Of a stretch of DNA of 64,000 bases, positions 42,771 to 55,922 are shown piece after piece (positions within the stretch are counted from its first letter, which is position 1; every line of letters begins with the position of its first letter). The DNA is from Tagaea sp. GTDB lineage: Bacteria; Pseudomonadota; Alphaproteobacteria; CACIAM-22H2. The notes under the pieces were generated by a model. That model saw only the letters and a list, made by a program, of their open reading frames with translations, was not told the origin of the DNA and did no database searches. Where the stretch lies: positions 480,001 to 544,000 of the forward strand of contig CBDIIB010000003.1 in the NCBI GenBank assembly GCA_965279525.1. The letters run 5' to 3'. The position numbers were made by a program, and so were the translations under genes.

Positions 42771-43145
42771 ATGGACGCGCACGCGGAACTGCTTCGCGAG
42801 TATCTGCCGATCCTGCTCTTTTTGGGCCTCGCAATCGCGCTCTCGGTCGCGATGGTCGTCGCCTCGCTGGTCATCGCCCGCCAGCGCCCGGATGCCGAGA
42901 AATTGTCGTCCTACGAATGCGGCTTCGAGCCCTTCGACGACGCGCGTCGCAAGTTCGACGTGCGCTTCTATCTCGTCGCGATCCTGTTCATCATTTTCGA
43001 CCTCGAGGTCGCCTTCCTGTTCCCATGGGCGGTGGCGCTCGGCGAAATCGGCATGTTCGGCTTCTGGTCGATGGTCGTCTTCCTCGGCGTGCTGACCATC
43101 GGGTTCATCTACGAATGGAAGAAAGGTGCTCTCGAATGGGAGTGA
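42771..43145 (+). CDS. nuoA: NADH-quinone oxidoreductase subunit A
   Basis: [27 protein letters not shown]. Confidence 0.97.
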   Translation: MDAHAELLREYLPILLFLGLAIALSVAMVVASLVIARQRPDAEKLSSYECGFEPFDDARRKFDVRFYLVAILFIIFDLEVAFLFPWAVALGEIGMFGFWSMVVFLGVLTIGFIYEWKKGALEWE

Positions 43146-43684
43146 TCGAAGCCCACGGCCGGGGCGGCCCGCTGCCGCCGGGTCCCGCACAGGACGCGCT
43201 GCTCAAGGCCGCGACCGACGAGATGCAGGACAAGGGCTTCGTCGTGGCCCAGGTCGACAAGCTCGTGAGCTGGGCGCGCACGGGTTCGCTGTGGCCGATG
43301 ACCTTCGGGCTCGCGTGCTGTGCGGTCGAGATGATGCACACCGCCGCCAGCCGCTACGACCTTGATCGCTTCGGCATGGTCTTCCGGCCGAGCCCGCGCC
43401 AGTCCGACGTGATGATCGTCGCGGGCACGCTCACCAACAAGATGGCGCCCGCCCTGCGCAAGGTCTACGACCAGATGGCCGAGCCGCGCTGGGTTTTGTC
43501 GATGGGCAGCTGCGCCAACGGCGGCGGCTACTACCACTACTCCTATTCTGTGGTGCGCGGCTGCGACCGGATCGTTCCGGTCGACGTTTACGTGCCGGGA
43601 TGCCCGCCGACGGCCGAAGCGCTGCTCTACGGCATCATGCAGCTTCAGAAAAAGATCAAGCGCACCACGAGCATACTTCGCTAG
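43136..43684 (+). CDS. nuoB: NADH-quinone oxidoreductase subunit B
   Basis: [24 protein letters not shown]. Confidence 0.98.
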   Translation: MGVIEAHGRGGPLPPGPAQDALLKAATDEMQDKGFVVAQVDKLVSWARTGSLWPMTFGLACCAVEMMHTAASRYDLDRFGMVFRPSPRQSDVMIVAGTLTNKMAPALRKVYDQMAEPRWVLSMGSCANGGGYYHYSYSVVRGCDRIVPVDVYVPGCPPTAEALLYGIMQLQKKIKRTTSILR

Positions 43685-43700
43685 GGGTCTGGGGAATCGA

Positions 43701-44378
43701 ATGGCCGTGTATGTGGACGAGGGGCTTGCCCCGCTCGCCGACCAGATAAAGGCCGGTCTCGGCGCCGATCTACTGGCGTGCGAAATCGTCAAGGGCGAAC
43801 TGTGCATCGAGGTCGCGCGCGACGCGGTCGTGCGCGTGCTCACGTACCTGCGCGACGACGAGGCGTGCCGCTTCGGCGCGCTGATGGATGTGTGCGGCGT
43901 CGACTGGCCGCAGCGTCCGCTGCGCTTCGACGTCGTCTACAACCTGCTTTCGATGCGCCACAACCGGCGCATCCGCGTCAAGGTCGCGACGGACGAGAAC
44001 ACGCCGGTCCCCTCTGCCGTTCCGGTCTTCCCGTCGGCCGGCTGGTTCGAGCGCGAGACGTGGGATCTCTACGGCGTGTTCTTCGCCGGCCACCCCGACC
44101 TGCGCCGGCTGCTGACCGACTACGGCTTCGAGGGCCATCCGCTGCGCAAGGATTTCCCGCTGACCGGTTATGTCGAGGTCCGCTACGACACCGAGCAGCA
44201 GCGCGTCGTCTATGAGCCGGTGAAGCTCACGCAGGATTTCCGCTCGTTCGACTTCCTTTCGCCGTGGGAAGGGCTGGGCCTCGCCCAGCTCGGCCAGCTG
44301 CCCGGCGACGAGAAGGCCGCAGCACCTGCTGCCCCGCCGCCGGCCGCTCCGCCGCCCGCCACACCGCCGAAGGCTTGA
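43701..44378 (+). CDS. nuoC: NADH-quinone oxidoreductase subunit C
   Basis: [25 protein letters not shown]. Confidence 0.97.
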   Translation: MAVYVDEGLAPLADQIKAGLGADLLACEIVKGELCIEVARDAVVRVLTYLRDDEACRFGALMDVCGVDWPQRPLRFDVVYNLLSMRHNRRIRVKVATDENTPVPSAVPVFPSAGWFERETWDLYGVFFAGHPDLRRLLTDYGFEGHPLRKDFPLTGYVEVRYDTEQQRVVYEPVKLTQDFRSFDFLSPWEGLGLAQLGQLPGDEKAAAPAAPPPAAPPPATPPKA

Positions 44379-44383
44379 CGCGC

Positions 44384-45604
44384 ATGGCCGAACCGATCGC
44401 CGCCGCTCCCGCATCCGACCTCGCCGACGGCCAGGTCAAGATCAAGAACTACTCGCTCAATTTCGGGCCGCAGCATCCGGCCGCGCACGGCGTGCTGCGC
44501 CTCGTGCTCGAACTCGACGGCGAAGTCATCGAGCGCGCGGACCCGCATATCGGCCTCCTGCATCGCGGCACGGAAAAGCTGATCGAGTACAAGACCTACC
44601 TGCAGGCCGTGCCGTATTTCGACCGGCTCGACTACGTCTCGCCGATGAACCAGGAGCACGCCTACGCGCTGGCGGTCGAGAAGCTGCTGGGCATCCAGGC
44701 GCCGCCGCGCGCGCAGTACATCCGCGTGCTCTATGCCGAGATCGGCCGCATCCTCAACCACATCCTCAACGTCACGACCTTCGCCCTCGATGTCGGCGCC
44801 ATGACGCCGCTGCTGTGGGGCTTCGAGGAGCGCGAGACGCTGATGGAGTTCTACGAGCGTGTGTGCGGTGCGCGCCTGCACGCGGCCTATTTCCGTCCGG
44901 GTGGCGTCAGCCAGGACCTGCCGGCCGGCCTTGCCGACGACATGCTGAAGTTCGTCGACCATTTCCCGAAGATCCTCGACGACATCGAGAGCCTGCTGAC
45001 CGAAAACCGCATCTTCAAGCAGCGTACGGTCGATATCGGCGTGGTGTCGAAGGCCGACGCGCTGGCGTGGGGCTTCTCGGGCCCGATGGTGCGCGGCTCG
45101 GGGATTCCCTGGGACTTGCGCAAGTCGCAGCCCTACGACGCCTACGAGGCGATGGATTTCGACATCCCGATCGGCAAGAACGGCGACTGCTACGACCGCT
45201 ACCTGCTGCGCATGGACGAGATGCGCCAGTCGCTGCGCATCATGAAGCAGGCGATCGAGAAGATGCCGGGCGGCCCGGTGAAGACCGACGACCGCAAGGT
45301 CGCCCCGCCGGCGCGTGCCGAAATGAAGCGCTCGATGGAAGCGCTGATCCACCACTTCAAGCTCTATACCGAGGGCTACCGCGTTCCGGCGGGCGAGACC
45401 TACACGGCCGTCGAGGCGCCCAAGGGCGAGTTCGCGGTCTATCTCGTGTCGGACGGCACCAACAAGCCCTATCGCTGCAAGATCCGCGCACCGGGTTTCG
45501 CGTTCCTGCAGGCGATGGATTTCCTGGCAAAGGGCCACATGCTGGCCGACGTCGTCGCGATCATCGGGTCGCTCGACATCGTTTTCGGAGAGATCGACCG
45601 ATGA
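44384..45604 (+). CDS. nuoD: NADH-quinone oxidoreductase subunit D
   Basis: [31 protein letters not shown]. Confidence 0.98.
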   Translation: MAEPIAAAPASDLADGQVKIKNYSLNFGPQHPAAHGVLRLVLELDGEVIERADPHIGLLHRGTEKLIEYKTYLQAVPYFDRLDYVSPMNQEHAYALAVEKLLGIQAPPRAQYIRVLYAEIGRILNHILNVTTFALDVGAMTPLLWGFEERETLMEFYERVCGARLHAAYFRPGGVSQDLPAGLADDMLKFVDHFPKILDDIESLLTENRIFKQRTVDIGVVSKADALAWGFSGPMVRGSGIPWDLRKSQPYDAYEAMDFDIPIGKNGDCYDRYLLRMDEMRQSLRIMKQAIEKMPGGPVKTDDRKVAPPARAEMKRSMEALIHHFKLYTEGYRVPAGETYTAVEAPKGEFAVYLVSDGTNKPYRCKIRAPGFAFLQAMDFLAKGHMLADVVAIIGSLDIVFGEIDR

Positions 45605-46227
45605 GCGGCGGACACGGCCACGTCGAACAGCCGGCGAGCTTTTCCTTCAGCCCCGAGAATCTCGTCTGGGCGCAGAAGATCATCGCCAAGTATCCGGCGG
45701 GCCGTCAGGCGAGTGCGGTGCTGCCGCTGCTCGACCGCGCGCAGCGCCAGCACCACAACTGGCTGCCGCGCGCCGCGATGGATTACGTGGCGGGCCTTCT
45801 CGACATGGCGCCGATCCGCGTCTACGAGGTCGCGACGTTCTATTCGATGTTCAACCTCGCACCCGTCGGTAAGTGGTTCCTGCAGGTCTGCACGACCACG
45901 CCGTGCTGGCTGCGCGGCTCGGACGAAGTGATGGCGGCGTGCGAACGCAAGCTCCACATCAAGGGGACCGGCGACGCGAGCTTCCTGCATTCGGCCGACG
46001 GCAAGTTCACCGTGCGCGAGGTCGAGTGCCTGGGCACCTGCGTCAACGCGCCGGTCATCCAGGTGAACGACGATTTCTACGAGGATCTCGACGGCCCGCT
46101 CACCGAGAAGCTGATCGATGCGCTGGCGAAGGACGCGCCGCCGCCGAAGGGCTCGATGAAGGGCCGCCAGGGCGCCATGCCCGAAGGCGGACGCACGAGC
46201 CTGGCGAAAGTGGGCGGAGACAAGTGA
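45601..46227 (+). CDS. nuoE: NADH-quinone oxidoreductase subunit E
   Basis: EVATFY, CTTTPC, ECLGTC. Confidence 0.96.
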   Translation: MSGGHGHVEQPASFSFSPENLVWAQKIIAKYPAGRQASAVLPLLDRAQRQHHNWLPRAAMDYVAGLLDMAPIRVYEVATFYSMFNLAPVGKWFLQVCTTTPCWLRGSDEVMAACERKLHIKGTGDASFLHSADGKFTVREVECLGTCVNAPVIQVNDDFYEDLDGPLTEKLIDALAKDAPPPKGSMKGRQGAMPEGGRTSLAKVGGDK

Positions 46228-47543
46228 TGCTCGAGGACAAGGACCGCATCTTCACGAATCTCTATGCCGACGGCGACTGGGGCCTGACCGGTGCCCGGGC
46301 GCGCGGCGACTGGGACGGCACCAAGGAGATCATCCTCAAGGGCCGCGACTGGATCGTGAAGGAGATGCAGGATTCCGGCCTGCGCGGGCGCGGCGGGGCC
46401 GGCTTCCCGACCGGCATGAAGTGGTCCTTCATGCCCAAGACGACGCCCGACGGAAAGCCGCTCGACGGTCGCCCGCACTATCTGGTCGTCAACGCCGACG
46501 AGTCCGAGCCTGGCACCTGCAAGGACCGCGAGATCCTGCGCCATGATCCGCACAAGCTGGTCGAAGGCTGCCTGCTCGCCGGTGTCGCGATGGGTGCCCA
46601 TGCCGGCTACATCTACGTGCGCGGCGAGTTCTACAACGAGGCCTCGCATCTCGAGATCGCCGTGCAGCAGGCCTACGAAGCGGGCCTTCTCGGCAAGAAC
46701 GCGTGCGGGTCGGGCTGGGATTTCGACCTCTATGTCCATCGCGGTGCCGGTGCCTATATCTGCGGCGAAGAGACGGCGCTGATCGAGAGTCTCGAGGGCA
46801 AGAAGGGCCAGCCGCGCCTGAAGCCGCCATTCCCGGCGGGCATGGGCCTCTATGGCTGCCCGACGACGGTCAACAATGTCGAGACGATCGCGGTGGCGCC
46901 CACGATCCTGCGCCGCGGCGCTTCGTGGTTCATGTCGTTCGGCCGGCCCAAGAACGCGGGCACCAAGCTTTTCTGCATCTCCGGTCACGTCAACAAGCCG
47001 TGCACCGTCGAAGAGGCGATGAGCATCCCGCTCAAGGAACTGATCGAGAAGCACTGCGGCGGCGTGCGCGGCGGCTGGGACAACCTGCTGGCGATCATCC
47101 CGGGCGGCGCATCGGTTCCGGTCCTGCCCAAGTCGATCTGCGACACGGTGCTGATGGATTTCGACGCGCTGCGCGAGCAGCGCTCGGGCCTCGGCACGGC
47201 TGCCGTCATCGTCATGGACAAGTCGACCGACATCGTGAAGGCGATCGCGCGCCTGTCGCGCTTCTACATGCACGAGAGCTGCGGCCAGTGCACGCCGTGC
47301 CGCGAAGGCACCGGCTGGCTGTGGCGCGTCATGCAGCGCATGGTCAAGGGCCAGGCGGAGCTTCCCGAGATCGACATGCTCGAAGAAGTCACGCGCCAGA
47401 TCGAAGGCCACACCATCTGCGCGCTCGGCGACGCGGCGGCGTGGCCGGTGCAGGGCCTGATCCGGCATTTCCGGCCGGAGATGGAAATGCGCATCCGGAA
47501 CTACAAGGCGGCCCTGCAGGTCGCCAAGGCGGCTGCGGAGTGA
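46227..47543 (+). CDS. nuoF: NADH-quinone oxidoreductase subunit F
   Basis: [35 protein letters not shown]. Confidence 0.98.
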   Translation: MLEDKDRIFTNLYADGDWGLTGARARGDWDGTKEIILKGRDWIVKEMQDSGLRGRGGAGFPTGMKWSFMPKTTPDGKPLDGRPHYLVVNADESEPGTCKDREILRHDPHKLVEGCLLAGVAMGAHAGYIYVRGEFYNEASHLEIAVQQAYEAGLLGKNACGSGWDFDLYVHRGAGAYICGEETALIESLEGKKGQPRLKPPFPAGMGLYGCPTTVNNVETIAVAPTILRRGASWFMSFGRPKNAGTKLFCISGHVNKPCTVEEAMSIPLKELIEKHCGGVRGGWDNLLAIIPGGASVPVLPKSICDTVLMDFDALREQRSGLGTAAVIVMDKSTDIVKAIARLSRFYMHESCGQCTPCREGTGWLWRVMQRMVKGQAELPEIDMLEEVTRQIEGHTICALGDAAAWPVQGLIRHFRPEMEMRIRNYKAALQVAKAAAE

Positions 47544-47548
47544 CGTCG

Positions 47549-47854
47549 ATGGATCTTCACAAGACCAAGACGGTTCTCGACGTGCGCGGCTCGGACGTGT
47601 CCGGGTCGAAGTTCGACGACGTCAACATCTCCGGAACCAGCCTGCACAATGTCAACATGTCGGGCTGGGATGTGGACGACGCGAACATCTCAGGGCTGCG
47701 CGTGAACAACGCGAACCTGTCCGGCATGCGGATTTCCAAGGCCAATCTCGCGGGTGCTTCCATCGAGGGCAGCCGCATCGAGGGAATGACGATCGACGGC
47801 GTGCCGGTCGAGGCGATGCTGGCAGCATATCGTGCGACGAAAGAGCAGGGCTGA
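47549..47854 (+). CDS. Pentapeptide-repeat protein (101 aa)
   Basis: SDVSG-SKFDD-VNISG-TSLHN-VNMSG-WDVDD-ANISG-LRVNN-ANLSG-MRISK-ANLAG repeats; fills the nuoF-nuoG gap in the same orientation. Confidence 0.85.
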   Translation: MDLHKTKTVLDVRGSDVSGSKFDDVNISGTSLHNVNMSGWDVDDANISGLRVNNANLSGMRISKANLAGASIEGSRIEGMTIDGVPVEAMLAAYRATKEQG

Positions 47855-47857
47855 GCG

Positions 47858-49921
47858 ATGCCGAAGGTAACGATCGACGGCGAAACCATCGAGGTCCCGG
47901 GCGGCATCACCGTGCTGCAGGCCTGCGAGCTTGCCGGCAAGGAAGTGCCGCGCTTCTGCTACCACGAGCGCCTGTCGGTCGCCGGCAACTGCCGCATGTG
48001 CCTGGTCGAGATGGAGAAGAGCCCCAAGCCGGTCGCGTCGTGCGCGATGCCGATCGCCGAGGGCCAGGTCATCAAGACGAACACGCCGCTGGTCAAGAAG
48101 GCCCGCAACGGCGTGATGGAGTTCCTGCTCATCAACCATCCGCTCGACTGCCCGATCTGCGACCAGGGCGGCGAGTGCGACCTGCAGGACCAGTCGATGG
48201 CCTACGGGATCGGCCAGAGCCGGTTCAAGGAGAACAAGCGCGCCGTTCCCGACAAGGAGATCGGCCCCCTCGTCAAGACGACGATGACGCGCTGCATCCA
48301 CTGCACGCGCTGCGTGCGCTTCGCGACCGAGGTCGCGGGGGCCGAGGAACTCGGTGCCGTCTTCCGCGGCGAGCACATGGAAATCGACACCTATATCGAG
48401 AAGGCGCTGACCAGCGAGCTCTCGGGCAACATCGTCGACCTCTGCCCGGTTGGTGCCCTCACCTCGAAGCCCTATGCCTTCAGCGCGCGCCCGTGGGAGC
48501 TGCGCAAGACCGAATCCGTCGACGTGTTCGATGCGCTGGGTGCGAGCATCCGTGTGGATGCGCGCGGCGGCGAGGTGCTGCGCGTGCTGCCGCGCCTCAA
48601 CGAGGAAACCAACGAGGAGTGGATCGCCGACAAGTCGCGCCACGCGGTGGACGGCCTGAAGCGCCAGCGCCTCGACAAGCCCTATGTGCGCAAGGACGGC
48701 AAACTGCAGCCCGTCTCGTGGAACGAAGCGCTGGGTGCGGTCGCGGCCAAACTCAAGTCGACGGCGCCGGCGCGCGTTGCCGCACTCGCCGGCGATCTTG
48801 CCGATTGCGAGGCGATGACGGCGCTCAAGGATCTGATGGCGGCGATCGGTTCGCCCAATCTCGACTGCCGGCAGGACGGGGCGAAGCTCGATGCGTCGGC
48901 GCGCGCGTCGTGGCTGTTCAACTCGACCGTCGCAGGCATCGACGAGGCCGACGCGATCCTGCTGGTCGGGACCAATCCGCGCTGGGAAAGCCCGGTGCTC
49001 AACGCGCGCATCCGCCGCCGCTTCCGCGCGGGCGGCGTGAAGATCGCGTCGATCGGCCCTCAAGTCGATCTCACGTACAAGTACGAATATCTGGGTGCCG
49101 GGCCGACGAGCCTGGCCGATCTCGCTGCCGGCAAGATGGCCTTCGCCGAAACGCTGAAGGCGGCCAAGAAGCCGATGCTGATCCTGGGGCAGGGGGCACT
49201 GGCCCGCGCCGACGGTGCGGCCGTGCTGGCGCTGGCGCGCGACATCGCCGACCGCTTCGGCCTGGTCAAGGACGGCTGGAACGGCTTCAACGTGCTGCAC
49301 GTCGCGGCGGCCCGCGTGGGCGGTCTCGAACTCGGCTTCGTGCCGGGCGCGCAGGGCCGCGACACGGCGGCCATCCTCGACGGCGCATCAAAGGGCGAGA
49401 TCGACTTCGTCTACCTGCTGGCGGCCGACGAGATCGACACGAGCCGCCTCGGCAAGGCCTTCGTCGTCTATCAGGGCCATCACGGCGACAAGGGTGCCCA
49501 CCGCGCCGACGTCGTGCTGCCGGGTGCCGCCTATACCGAGAAGAACGCCACCTACGTGAACACCGAAGGCCGCGTCCAGCAGACGCGCCTTGCCGTGTTT
49601 CCGCCGGGCGAGGCGAAAGAAGACTGGAAGATCCTGCGCGCCTTGTCGGAAGCGGCGGGACGCAAGCTCCCGTTCGACACGATCGGGCAAGTGCGCGCGC
49701 GCATGGCGGCGGTCTCGCCGGTCTTCGCGAAGCTCGATGCCGCACAACCCGGTACGTGGGCCGCGTTCGGCAAGGCCGGGCCGGTCGACGGGGCGCCGTT
49801 CGTCTCGCCGATCACGAACTTCTACATGACCGATCCGATCAGCCGCGCCTCGGCGACGATGGCGGCCTGCACCGAGACCTATCTTAAGGGCTCGGCCGCA
49901 CGGACCGGAACGCACGGGTGA
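47858..49921 (+). CDS. nuoG: NADH-quinone oxidoreductase subunit G
   Basis: [36 protein letters not shown]. Confidence 0.98.
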   Translation: MPKVTIDGETIEVPGGITVLQACELAGKEVPRFCYHERLSVAGNCRMCLVEMEKSPKPVASCAMPIAEGQVIKTNTPLVKKARNGVMEFLLINHPLDCPICDQGGECDLQDQSMAYGIGQSRFKENKRAVPDKEIGPLVKTTMTRCIHCTRCVRFATEVAGAEELGAVFRGEHMEIDTYIEKALTSELSGNIVDLCPVGALTSKPYAFSARPWELRKTESVDVFDALGASIRVDARGGEVLRVLPRLNEETNEEWIADKSRHAVDGLKRQRLDKPYVRKDGKLQPVSWNEALGAVAAKLKSTAPARVAALAGDLADCEAMTALKDLMAAIGSPNLDCRQDGAKLDASARASWLFNSTVAGIDEADAILLVGTNPRWESPVLNARIRRRFRAGGVKIASIGPQVDLTYKYEYLGAGPTSLADLAAGKMAFAETLKAAKKPMLILGQGALARADGAAVLALARDIADRFGLVKDGWNGFNVLHVAAARVGGLELGFVPGAQGRDTAAILDGASKGEIDFVYLLAADEIDTSRLGKAFVVYQGHHGDKGAHRADVVLPGAAYTEKNATYVNTEGRVQQTRLAVFPPGEAKEDWKILRALSEAAGRKLPFDTIGQVRARMAAVSPVFAKLDAAQPGTWAAFGKAGPVDGAPFVSPITNFYMTDPISRASATMAACTETYLKGSAARTGTHG

Positions 49922-49928
49922 GGGCGAA

Positions 49929-50927
49929 ATGAGCAACATCCTCCTCATCGGCGCCATCGAGATCGGGAAGATCCTTCTCGTCGTCGTCCCGCTGCTGATC
50001 TCGGTCGCGATGCTGACCTATTTCGAGCGCAAGGTGATCGGCGCCATCCAGCTGCGCAAGGGCCCCAACGTGGTCGGCCCGTTCGGCCTGCTGCAGCCCT
50101 TCGCCGACGCGCTGAAGCTGCTGACCAAGGAAACCATCGTTCCGACCGGCGCCAACCGCGTCGTGTTCATGATGGCGCCGATGCTCACGCTGCTGCTCAG
50201 CCTCGTCGCGTGGGCCGTGATCCCGTTCGACTATGGCTGGGTGCTGGCCGACATCAATGTTGGCATCCTCTATCTCTTCGCGATCTCGTCGCTGGGCGTC
50301 TACGGCATCATCATGGCCGGCTGGGCATCCAACTCGAAATACGCGTTCCTCGGCGCCATGCGCTCGGCCGCCCAGATGGTGTCGTACGAAGTCTCGATCG
50401 GCTTCGTCATCATCACGGTCCTGCTGTGCGTGGGTTCGCTGAACCTCTCCGACATCGTGATGGCGCAGAAGACGGTGTGGTTCGCCATCCCGCTTTTCCC
50501 GATGTTCATCATCTTCTTCGTCTCGGCGCTGGCCGAGACGAACCGCTCGCCCTTCGATCTTCCCGAAGGCGAGTCCGAGATCGTCGCGGGCTATTTCGTC
50601 GAGTATTCCTCGATGAGCTTCGCGATGTTCTTCCTGGGCGAATACGCCGCGATGATCCTGATGAGCGGGATGACGACGATCCTGTTCCTCGGCGGCTGGC
50701 TGCCGCCCTTCGACATCGCGCCGCTCAACTGGATCCCGGGCCTCGTGTGGTTCGCGCTCAAGACGGCGGCCTGCCTGTTCGTCTTCCTGTGGGTCCGCGC
50801 GACGATGCCCCGCTACCGCTACGACCAGCTCATGCGTCTGGGCTGGAAGGTCTTCTTGCCGTTCTCGCTCTTCTGGGTCGTGCTGACGGCCGGTGTGCTG
50901 ATGGCCACCGGCTGGATCCCGCGCTGA
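49929..50927 (+). CDS. nuoH: NADH-quinone oxidoreductase subunit H
   Basis: [35 protein letters not shown]. Confidence 0.98.
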   Translation: MSNILLIGAIEIGKILLVVVPLLISVAMLTYFERKVIGAIQLRKGPNVVGPFGLLQPFADALKLLTKETIVPTGANRVVFMMAPMLTLLLSLVAWAVIPFDYGWVLADINVGILYLFAISSLGVYGIIMAGWASNSKYAFLGAMRSAAQMVSYEVSIGFVIITVLLCVGSLNLSDIVMAQKTVWFAIPLFPMFIIFFVSALAETNRSPFDLPEGESEIVAGYFVEYSSMSFAMFFLGEYAAMILMSGMTTILFLGGWLPPFDIAPLNWIPGLVWFALKTAACLFVFLWVRATMPRYRYDQLMRLGWKVFLPFSLFWVVLTAGVLMATGWIPR

Positions 50928-50953
50928 TCCGGAAGGGAGAAAAGGAAACGATC

Positions 50954-51445
50954 ATGGCCGCCAGTCTCGACCGAAGTGCGCGCACCATGCTGCTGTCCGA
51001 GCTCGTCTCGGGCATGGCGCTGACGCTGAAGTATTTCTTCAAGCCGAAGGTCACGCTCAACTACCCCTACGAGAAGGGGCCGATCAGCCCGCGCTTCCGC
51101 GGCGAACACGTGCTGCGCCGCTACGCCAACGGCGAGGAACGCTGCATCGCGTGCAAGCTGTGCGAGGCGGTATGCCCGGCGCAGGCAATCACGATCGAGG
51201 CCGAGCCGCGCGACGACGGCAGCCGGCGCACGACACGCTACGACATCGACATGACCAAGTGCATCTACTGCGGCTTCTGCCAAGAGGCTTGCCCCGTGGA
51301 CGCGATCGTCGAGGGTCCGAACTTCGAGTTCTCGACCGAGACGCGCGAAGAGCTGATGTACAACAAGGCCAAACTGCTTTCGAACGGAGATCGCTGGGAG
51401 GCGGAAATCGCCAACAGCCTCGCCGCCGACGCACCGTATCGCTGA
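50954..51445 (+). CDS. nuoI: NADH-quinone oxidoreductase subunit I
   Basis: [12 protein letters not shown] and [12 protein letters not shown]. Confidence 0.98.
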   Translation: MAASLDRSARTMLLSELVSGMALTLKYFFKPKVTLNYPYEKGPISPRFRGEHVLRRYANGEERCIACKLCEAVCPAQAITIEAEPRDDGSRRTTRYDIDMTKCIYCGFCQEACPVDAIVEGPNFEFSTETREELMYNKAKLLSNGDRWEAEIANSLAADAPYR

Positions 51446-51468
51446 ACCGGGACAACAGGCACACACCG

Positions 51469-52086
51469 ATGCTCGAAGCGATCGTCTTCTACCTGTTCTC
51501 CGCCGTGATGGTGGCCGCCGCGGTCATGGTCATCTTCGCGCGCAATCCGGTGCACTCGGTGCTGTTCCTGATCCTGTGCTTCTTCAACGCGGCGGGCCTG
51601 TTCGTGCTGATGGGGGCCGAGTTCCTGGCGATGATCCTCGTCGTCGTCTATGTCGGTGCGGTCGCGGTGCTGTTCCTGTTCGTCGTGATGATGCTCGACG
51701 TCGATTTCGTGGCACTGCGCGAAGGCTATGCGAAGTACCTGCCGGTGGGTGCGGCAGTCGGCCTCGTGCTGGCGGCCGAGCTCGTGTTCGTGCTGGCCCC
51801 CTGGGCCTTCTCGGCCTCGGTGCCCGAGGCGATCGCCATCCCCATTCCCGATCCCGGCCAGATCCACAATACGCGCGCACTCGGCCTCGTGATCTACGAC
51901 GACTTCGCCTACGTGTTCCAGGCATCGGGTCTCATTCTTCTCGTCGCGATGGTCGGCGCCATTGTGCTGACATTGCGCGAGCGCGAAGGCGTCAAGCGCC
52001 AGTCGATCTCGCGCCAGGTCTCGCGCACGCGCGCCGAAGGCGTCGAGACGGTCTCGGTCAAGTCGCGCCAGGGGGTCGACGTCTGA
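51469..52086 (+). CDS. nuoJ: NADH-quinone oxidoreductase subunit J
   Basis: [24 protein letters not shown]. Confidence 0.96.
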   Translation: MLEAIVFYLFSAVMVAAAVMVIFARNPVHSVLFLILCFFNAAGLFVLMGAEFLAMILVVVYVGAVAVLFLFVVMMLDVDFVALREGYAKYLPVGAAVGLVLAAELVFVLAPWAFSASVPEAIAIPIPDPGQIHNTRALGLVIYDDFAYVFQASGLILLVAMVGAIVLTLREREGVKRQSISRQVSRTRAEGVETVSVKSRQGVDV

Positions 52087-52394
52087 TGGAAATCACGCTC
52101 GGACATTACCTGACGGTCGCGGCGATCCTGTTCACGCTCGGGATCTTCGGCATCTTCCTCAACCGCAAGAACGTCATCGTGATCCTGATGTCGGTCGAGC
52201 TGATGCTGCTTGCGGTCAACATCAACCTCGTCGCCTTCTCCACGCATCTGGGCGATCTCGTTGGGCAGGTCTTCGCGCTGTTCATCCTGACCGTCGCCGC
52301 CGCCGAGGCGGCGATCGGTCTGGCGATCCTCGTCGTGTATTTCCGCAACCGCGGCACGATCGAGGTCGAAGACATCAACATGATGAAGGGCTGA
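52086..52394 (+). CDS. nuoK: NADH-quinone oxidoreductase subunit K
   Basis: [18 protein letters not shown]. Confidence 0.97.
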   Translation: MEITLGHYLTVAAILFTLGIFGIFLNRKNVIVILMSVELMLLAVNINLVAFSTHLGDLVGQVFALFILTVAAAEAAIGLAILVVYFRNRGTIEVEDINMMKG

Positions 52395-52408
52395 GGGGTA
52401 CCGAGACG

Positions 52409-54367
52409 ATGTATACCGCTGCCGTCCTTCTTCCGCTGCTGGGCTTCGTGCTGGGAAGCCTCGTGCTGATGTCGCCGCTGCCGGCCGAAAGCCGCGACCG
52501 GCTGGCCCAGATCGCGACTACGGGGTGCGTGGGTTTCGCGGCCGTGCTTTCGCTGTTCATCTTCGTGCAGGTCGGCATCAACGGCCAGACGCGCACGGTC
52601 GAGCTCTTCACGTGGATCAGCTCGGGCTCGTTCGTCGCCAACTGGGCGCTCAAGTACGACGCGCTCTCGGCCAACATGGTGTGCGTGGTCACCATCGTGT
52701 CGTCGATGGTGCATCTCTATTCGATCGGCTACATGTCGGAAGACAAGTCGATCCCGCGCTTCATGTCGTATCTGTCGCTGTTCACGTTCTTCATGCTGGC
52801 ACTCGTGACGGCCGACAACTTCATCCAGATGTTCTTCGGCTGGGAGGGCGTTGGGCTCGCCTCGTACCTGCTGATCGGCTTCTGGTACGAGAAGGACAGC
52901 GCCAACGAGGCCTCGATCAAGGCGTTCCTCGTCAACCGCGTGGGCGATTTCGGTTTCGCACTCGGCATCTTCGCCGTGTTCATGGTGTTCGGCACCGTGC
53001 AGTTCGACCAGGTCTTCGCGGCCGTGCCGGCCGCCGCCGACTGGAACATGACGTTCCTGTCGTGGGAATTCCACGCGATGACGGCGATCTGCCTCCTGCT
53101 GTTCATCGGTGCGTGCGGCAAGTCGGCCCAGCTCTTCCTGCACACCTGGCTGCCCGACGCGATGGAAGGCCCCACGCCGGTCTCCGCCCTCATCCACGCC
53201 GCCACGATGGTGACGGCGGGCGTGTTCATGGTCTGCCGCTTGTCGCCGATGTTCGAATACGCGCCCACCGCACTTGCCGTCGTCACGATCGTGGGTGCCT
53301 CCACGGCGCTGTTTGCCGCGTCGGTCGGCCTCGTGCAGAACGACATCAAGCGCGTGATCGCCTATTCGACCTGCTCGCAGCTCGGCTACATGTTCTTCGC
53401 CGCCGGCGTGTCGGCCTATTCGGCCGCCATGTTCCATCTCACGACCCACGCCTTCTTCAAGGCGCTGCTGTTCCTGGGTGCGGGCTCGGTCATCCATGCG
53501 CTCCACCACGAGCAGGACATGCGCCGGATGGGCGGCAACGTCCACACCAAGATCCGCCAGACCTACGCGATGATGTGGATCGGTTCGCTCGCCCTTGCCG
53601 GCATGGGCATCCCCGGCATCGGCGGCTTCGCGGGCTTCTACTCCAAGGACATTATCATGGAGAGCGCGTGGGCCGCGCACTCGGCCGTCGGCCAGTACGC
53701 GTTCTGGCTGGGTCTCGCGGCCGCGACGATGACCGCGTTCTATTCTTGGCGCCTGATCTTCATGAGCTTCCACGTCGCCCCGCAGACCGACCATCACGCG
53801 GTCGACCATGCGCACGAATCGCCGGCCACGATGATGATCCCGCTCTACGTGCTTGCGGCCGGCGCCATCTTCTCGGGCATCGGCCTCAGTTACCTGTTCG
53901 TCGGCGACGGGCGCGCGGCGTTCTGGGGCGAGTCGATCAAGGTGCTGAACGACACGATCGAGCACGCGCATCATGCGCCCGGCTGGATCCCGCCGCTGCT
54001 CGTCGCGGTCGGCCTTGCGGGTATCGGCGTCGCATACGGCCTTTACATCAAGAACCCGTCCAAGCCCGCGAAGATCGCGGCGGCCAACCCGGGTCTCTAT
54101 CAGTTCCTGCTCAACAAATGGTACTTCGACGAGCTCTACGACAAGCTGTTCGTGCGCCCGTCCTTCGTCATCGGCCGCTTCCTGTGGAAGCAGGGCGACG
54201 GCAACGTGATCGACCGCGGCGGGCCGGACGCGCTTGCCGCCGGCACGTTGCGCCTTGCCCAGCGCGCCAGCTGGCTGCAGACGGGCTATCTCTACCACTA
54301 CGCCTTCGCGATGCTGATCGGCATCGTGATCCTCGCCACCTGGTACGTGCTGCGCGCGGGCCATTGA
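52409..54367 (+). CDS. nuoL: NADH-quinone oxidoreductase subunit L
   Basis: [31 protein letters not shown]. Confidence 0.98.
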   Translation: MYTAAVLLPLLGFVLGSLVLMSPLPAESRDRLAQIATTGCVGFAAVLSLFIFVQVGINGQTRTVELFTWISSGSFVANWALKYDALSANMVCVVTIVSSMVHLYSIGYMSEDKSIPRFMSYLSLFTFFMLALVTADNFIQMFFGWEGVGLASYLLIGFWYEKDSANEASIKAFLVNRVGDFGFALGIFAVFMVFGTVQFDQVFAAVPAAADWNMTFLSWEFHAMTAICLLLFIGACGKSAQLFLHTWLPDAMEGPTPVSALIHAATMVTAGVFMVCRLSPMFEYAPTALAVVTIVGASTALFAASVGLVQNDIKRVIAYSTCSQLGYMFFAAGVSAYSAAMFHLTTHAFFKALLFLGAGSVIHALHHEQDMRRMGGNVHTKIRQTYAMMWIGSLALAGMGIPGIGGFAGFYSKDIIMESAWAAHSAVGQYAFWLGLAAATMTAFYSWRLIFMSFHVAPQTDHHAVDHAHESPATMMIPLYVLAAGAIFSGIGLSYLFVGDGRAAFWGESIKVLNDTIEHAHHAPGWIPPLLVAVGLAGIGVAYGLYIKNPSKPAKIAAANPGLYQFLLNKWYFDELYDKLFVRPSFVIGRFLWKQGDGNVIDRGGPDALAAGTLRLAQRASWLQTGYLYHYAFAMLIGIVILATWYVLRAGH

Positions 54368-54374
54368 GAGTGTC

Positions 54375-55922
54375 ATGACAGACTGGCCGATCCTTTCACT
54401 CGTCACGTTCCTGCCTCTCGTCGGGGCCGTGTTCATCCTGTGCGTCAACGGCACCGCCGACGTGGTGGCGCGCAACGCGCGCTGGGCGGCACTCTGGACG
54501 TCGCTCGCGACGTTCCTCGTCTCGCTGGTCCTGTGGTTCGATTTCGACCGGTCGAGCACGGCCTTCCAGTTCGTCGAACGCAGCGTGTGGATCCCGGGCT
54601 ACGCGATCGGCTACCACATGGGCGTGGACGGGATTTCGGCGCCGTTCATCCTGCTCTCCACGTTCCTCACGCCGCTGTGCATCCTCGCCAGCTGGCACGT
54701 GACCGAGCGGGTGCGCGAATACATGATCGCGTTCCTCGTGCTCGAGACCTTCATGGTCGGCACGTTCGCGGCCCTCGACCTCCTGCTCTTCTACGTGTTC
54801 TTCGAGGCCGTGCTGATCCCGATGTTCCTCATCATCGGCATCTGGGGCGGCAAGCGGCGCGTCTATGCGGCGTTCAAGTTCTTCCTCTACACGCTGCTCG
54901 GTTCGGTCCTGATGCTGGTCGCGATGCTCGCGATCTACTGGCACACCGAGACGACCAACATCGTCGACCTGCTCGAATACGGCTTCCCGCGCGACGTCCA
55001 GATGTGGCTGTGGCTCGCCTTCTTCGCGTCGTTCGCGGTGAAGGTGCCGATGTGGCCGGTGCACACCTGGCTGCCCGACGCGCACGTGGAAGCCCCCACC
55101 GCCGGATCGGTGATCCTGGCCGGCGTTCTCTTGAAGATGGGCGGCTATGGTCTGATCCGCTTCTCGGTGCCGATGTTTCCGGAGGCGAGCGAATACTTCA
55201 CGCCGCTCGTCTTCTCGATGTCGATCGTCGCGGTCATCTACACCTCGCTCGTGGCGCTGGTGCAGGAGGACATGAAGAAGCTGATCGCCTATTCCTCGGT
55301 CGCGCACATGGGCTTCGTGACGATGGGCATCTTCGCCGGCACGCGCCAGGGCATCGAGGGCGCGATGTTCCAGATGATCTCGCACGGCGTGGTCTCGGGC
55401 GCCCTGTTCCTGTGCGTGGGCGTCGTCTACGACCGCCTGCACACGCGCGAGATTTCGCGCTACGGCGGTCTCGTCCACCGCATGCCGGCTTACGCGGTCG
55501 TGTTCATGGTGTTCACGATGGCCTCGGTCGGCCTGCCGGGCACGTCGGGTTTCGTGGGCGAGTTCCTCGTGCTTGCCGGCACCTACCAGACGTCGACTTG
55601 GGCGGCGGCGCTCGCCTCGACCGGCGTCATCCTGGGCGCTGCCTACATGCTCTTCCTCTACCGGCGCGTGATCTTCGGCAAGCTGACGAAGGAAGATCTC
55701 AAGACGATGCTCGACCTCGACTGGCGCGAGAAGGTGATCTTCGCGCCGCTGGTCGTGGCGACGATCTGGCTCGGGATCCAGCCCAAACCCGTTCTCGACA
55801 TGATCGGGCCGACCGTGCAGGCGATCGTCGAGCGCTACGAGGCCGACCGCGGCGGCCATCACAACCATGCCCAGGGCACGGGTGCGGCCGTGGCCGTGCT
55901 GGCACCGGAGACCGGCCGATGA
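54375..55922 (+). CDS. nuoM: NADH-quinone oxidoreductase subunit M
   Basis: [30 protein letters not shown]. Confidence 0.98.
   Translation: MTDWPILSLVTFLPLVGAVFILCVNGTADVVARNARWAALWTSLATFLVSLVLWFDFDRSSTAFQFVERSVWIPGYAIGYHMGVDGISAPFILLSTFLTPLCILASWHVTERVREYMIAFLVLETFMVGTFAALDLLLFYVFFEAVLIPMFLIIGIWGGKRRVYAAFKFFLYTLLGSVLMLVAMLAIYWHTETTNIVDLLEYGFPRDVQMWLWLAFFASFAVKVPMWPVHTWLPDAHVEAPTAGSVILAGVLLKMGGYGLIRFSVPMFPEASEYFTPLVFSMSIVAVIYTSLVALVQEDMKKLIAYSSVAHMGFVTMGIFAGTRQGIEGAMFQMISHGVVSGALFLCVGVVYDRLHTREISRYGGLVHRMPAYAVVFMVFTMASVGLPGTSGFVGEFLVLAGTYQTSTWAAALASTGVILGAAYMLFLYRRVIFGKLTKEDLKTMLDLDWREKVIFAPLVVATIWLGIQPKPVLDMIGPTVQAIVERYEADRGGHHNHAQGTGAAVAVLAPETGR

Noticed and set aside
44315-44378. Pro/Ala-rich NuoC tail and His-containing NuoM tail as new domains
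   Set aside because: Short low-complexity extensions are common on these subunits.
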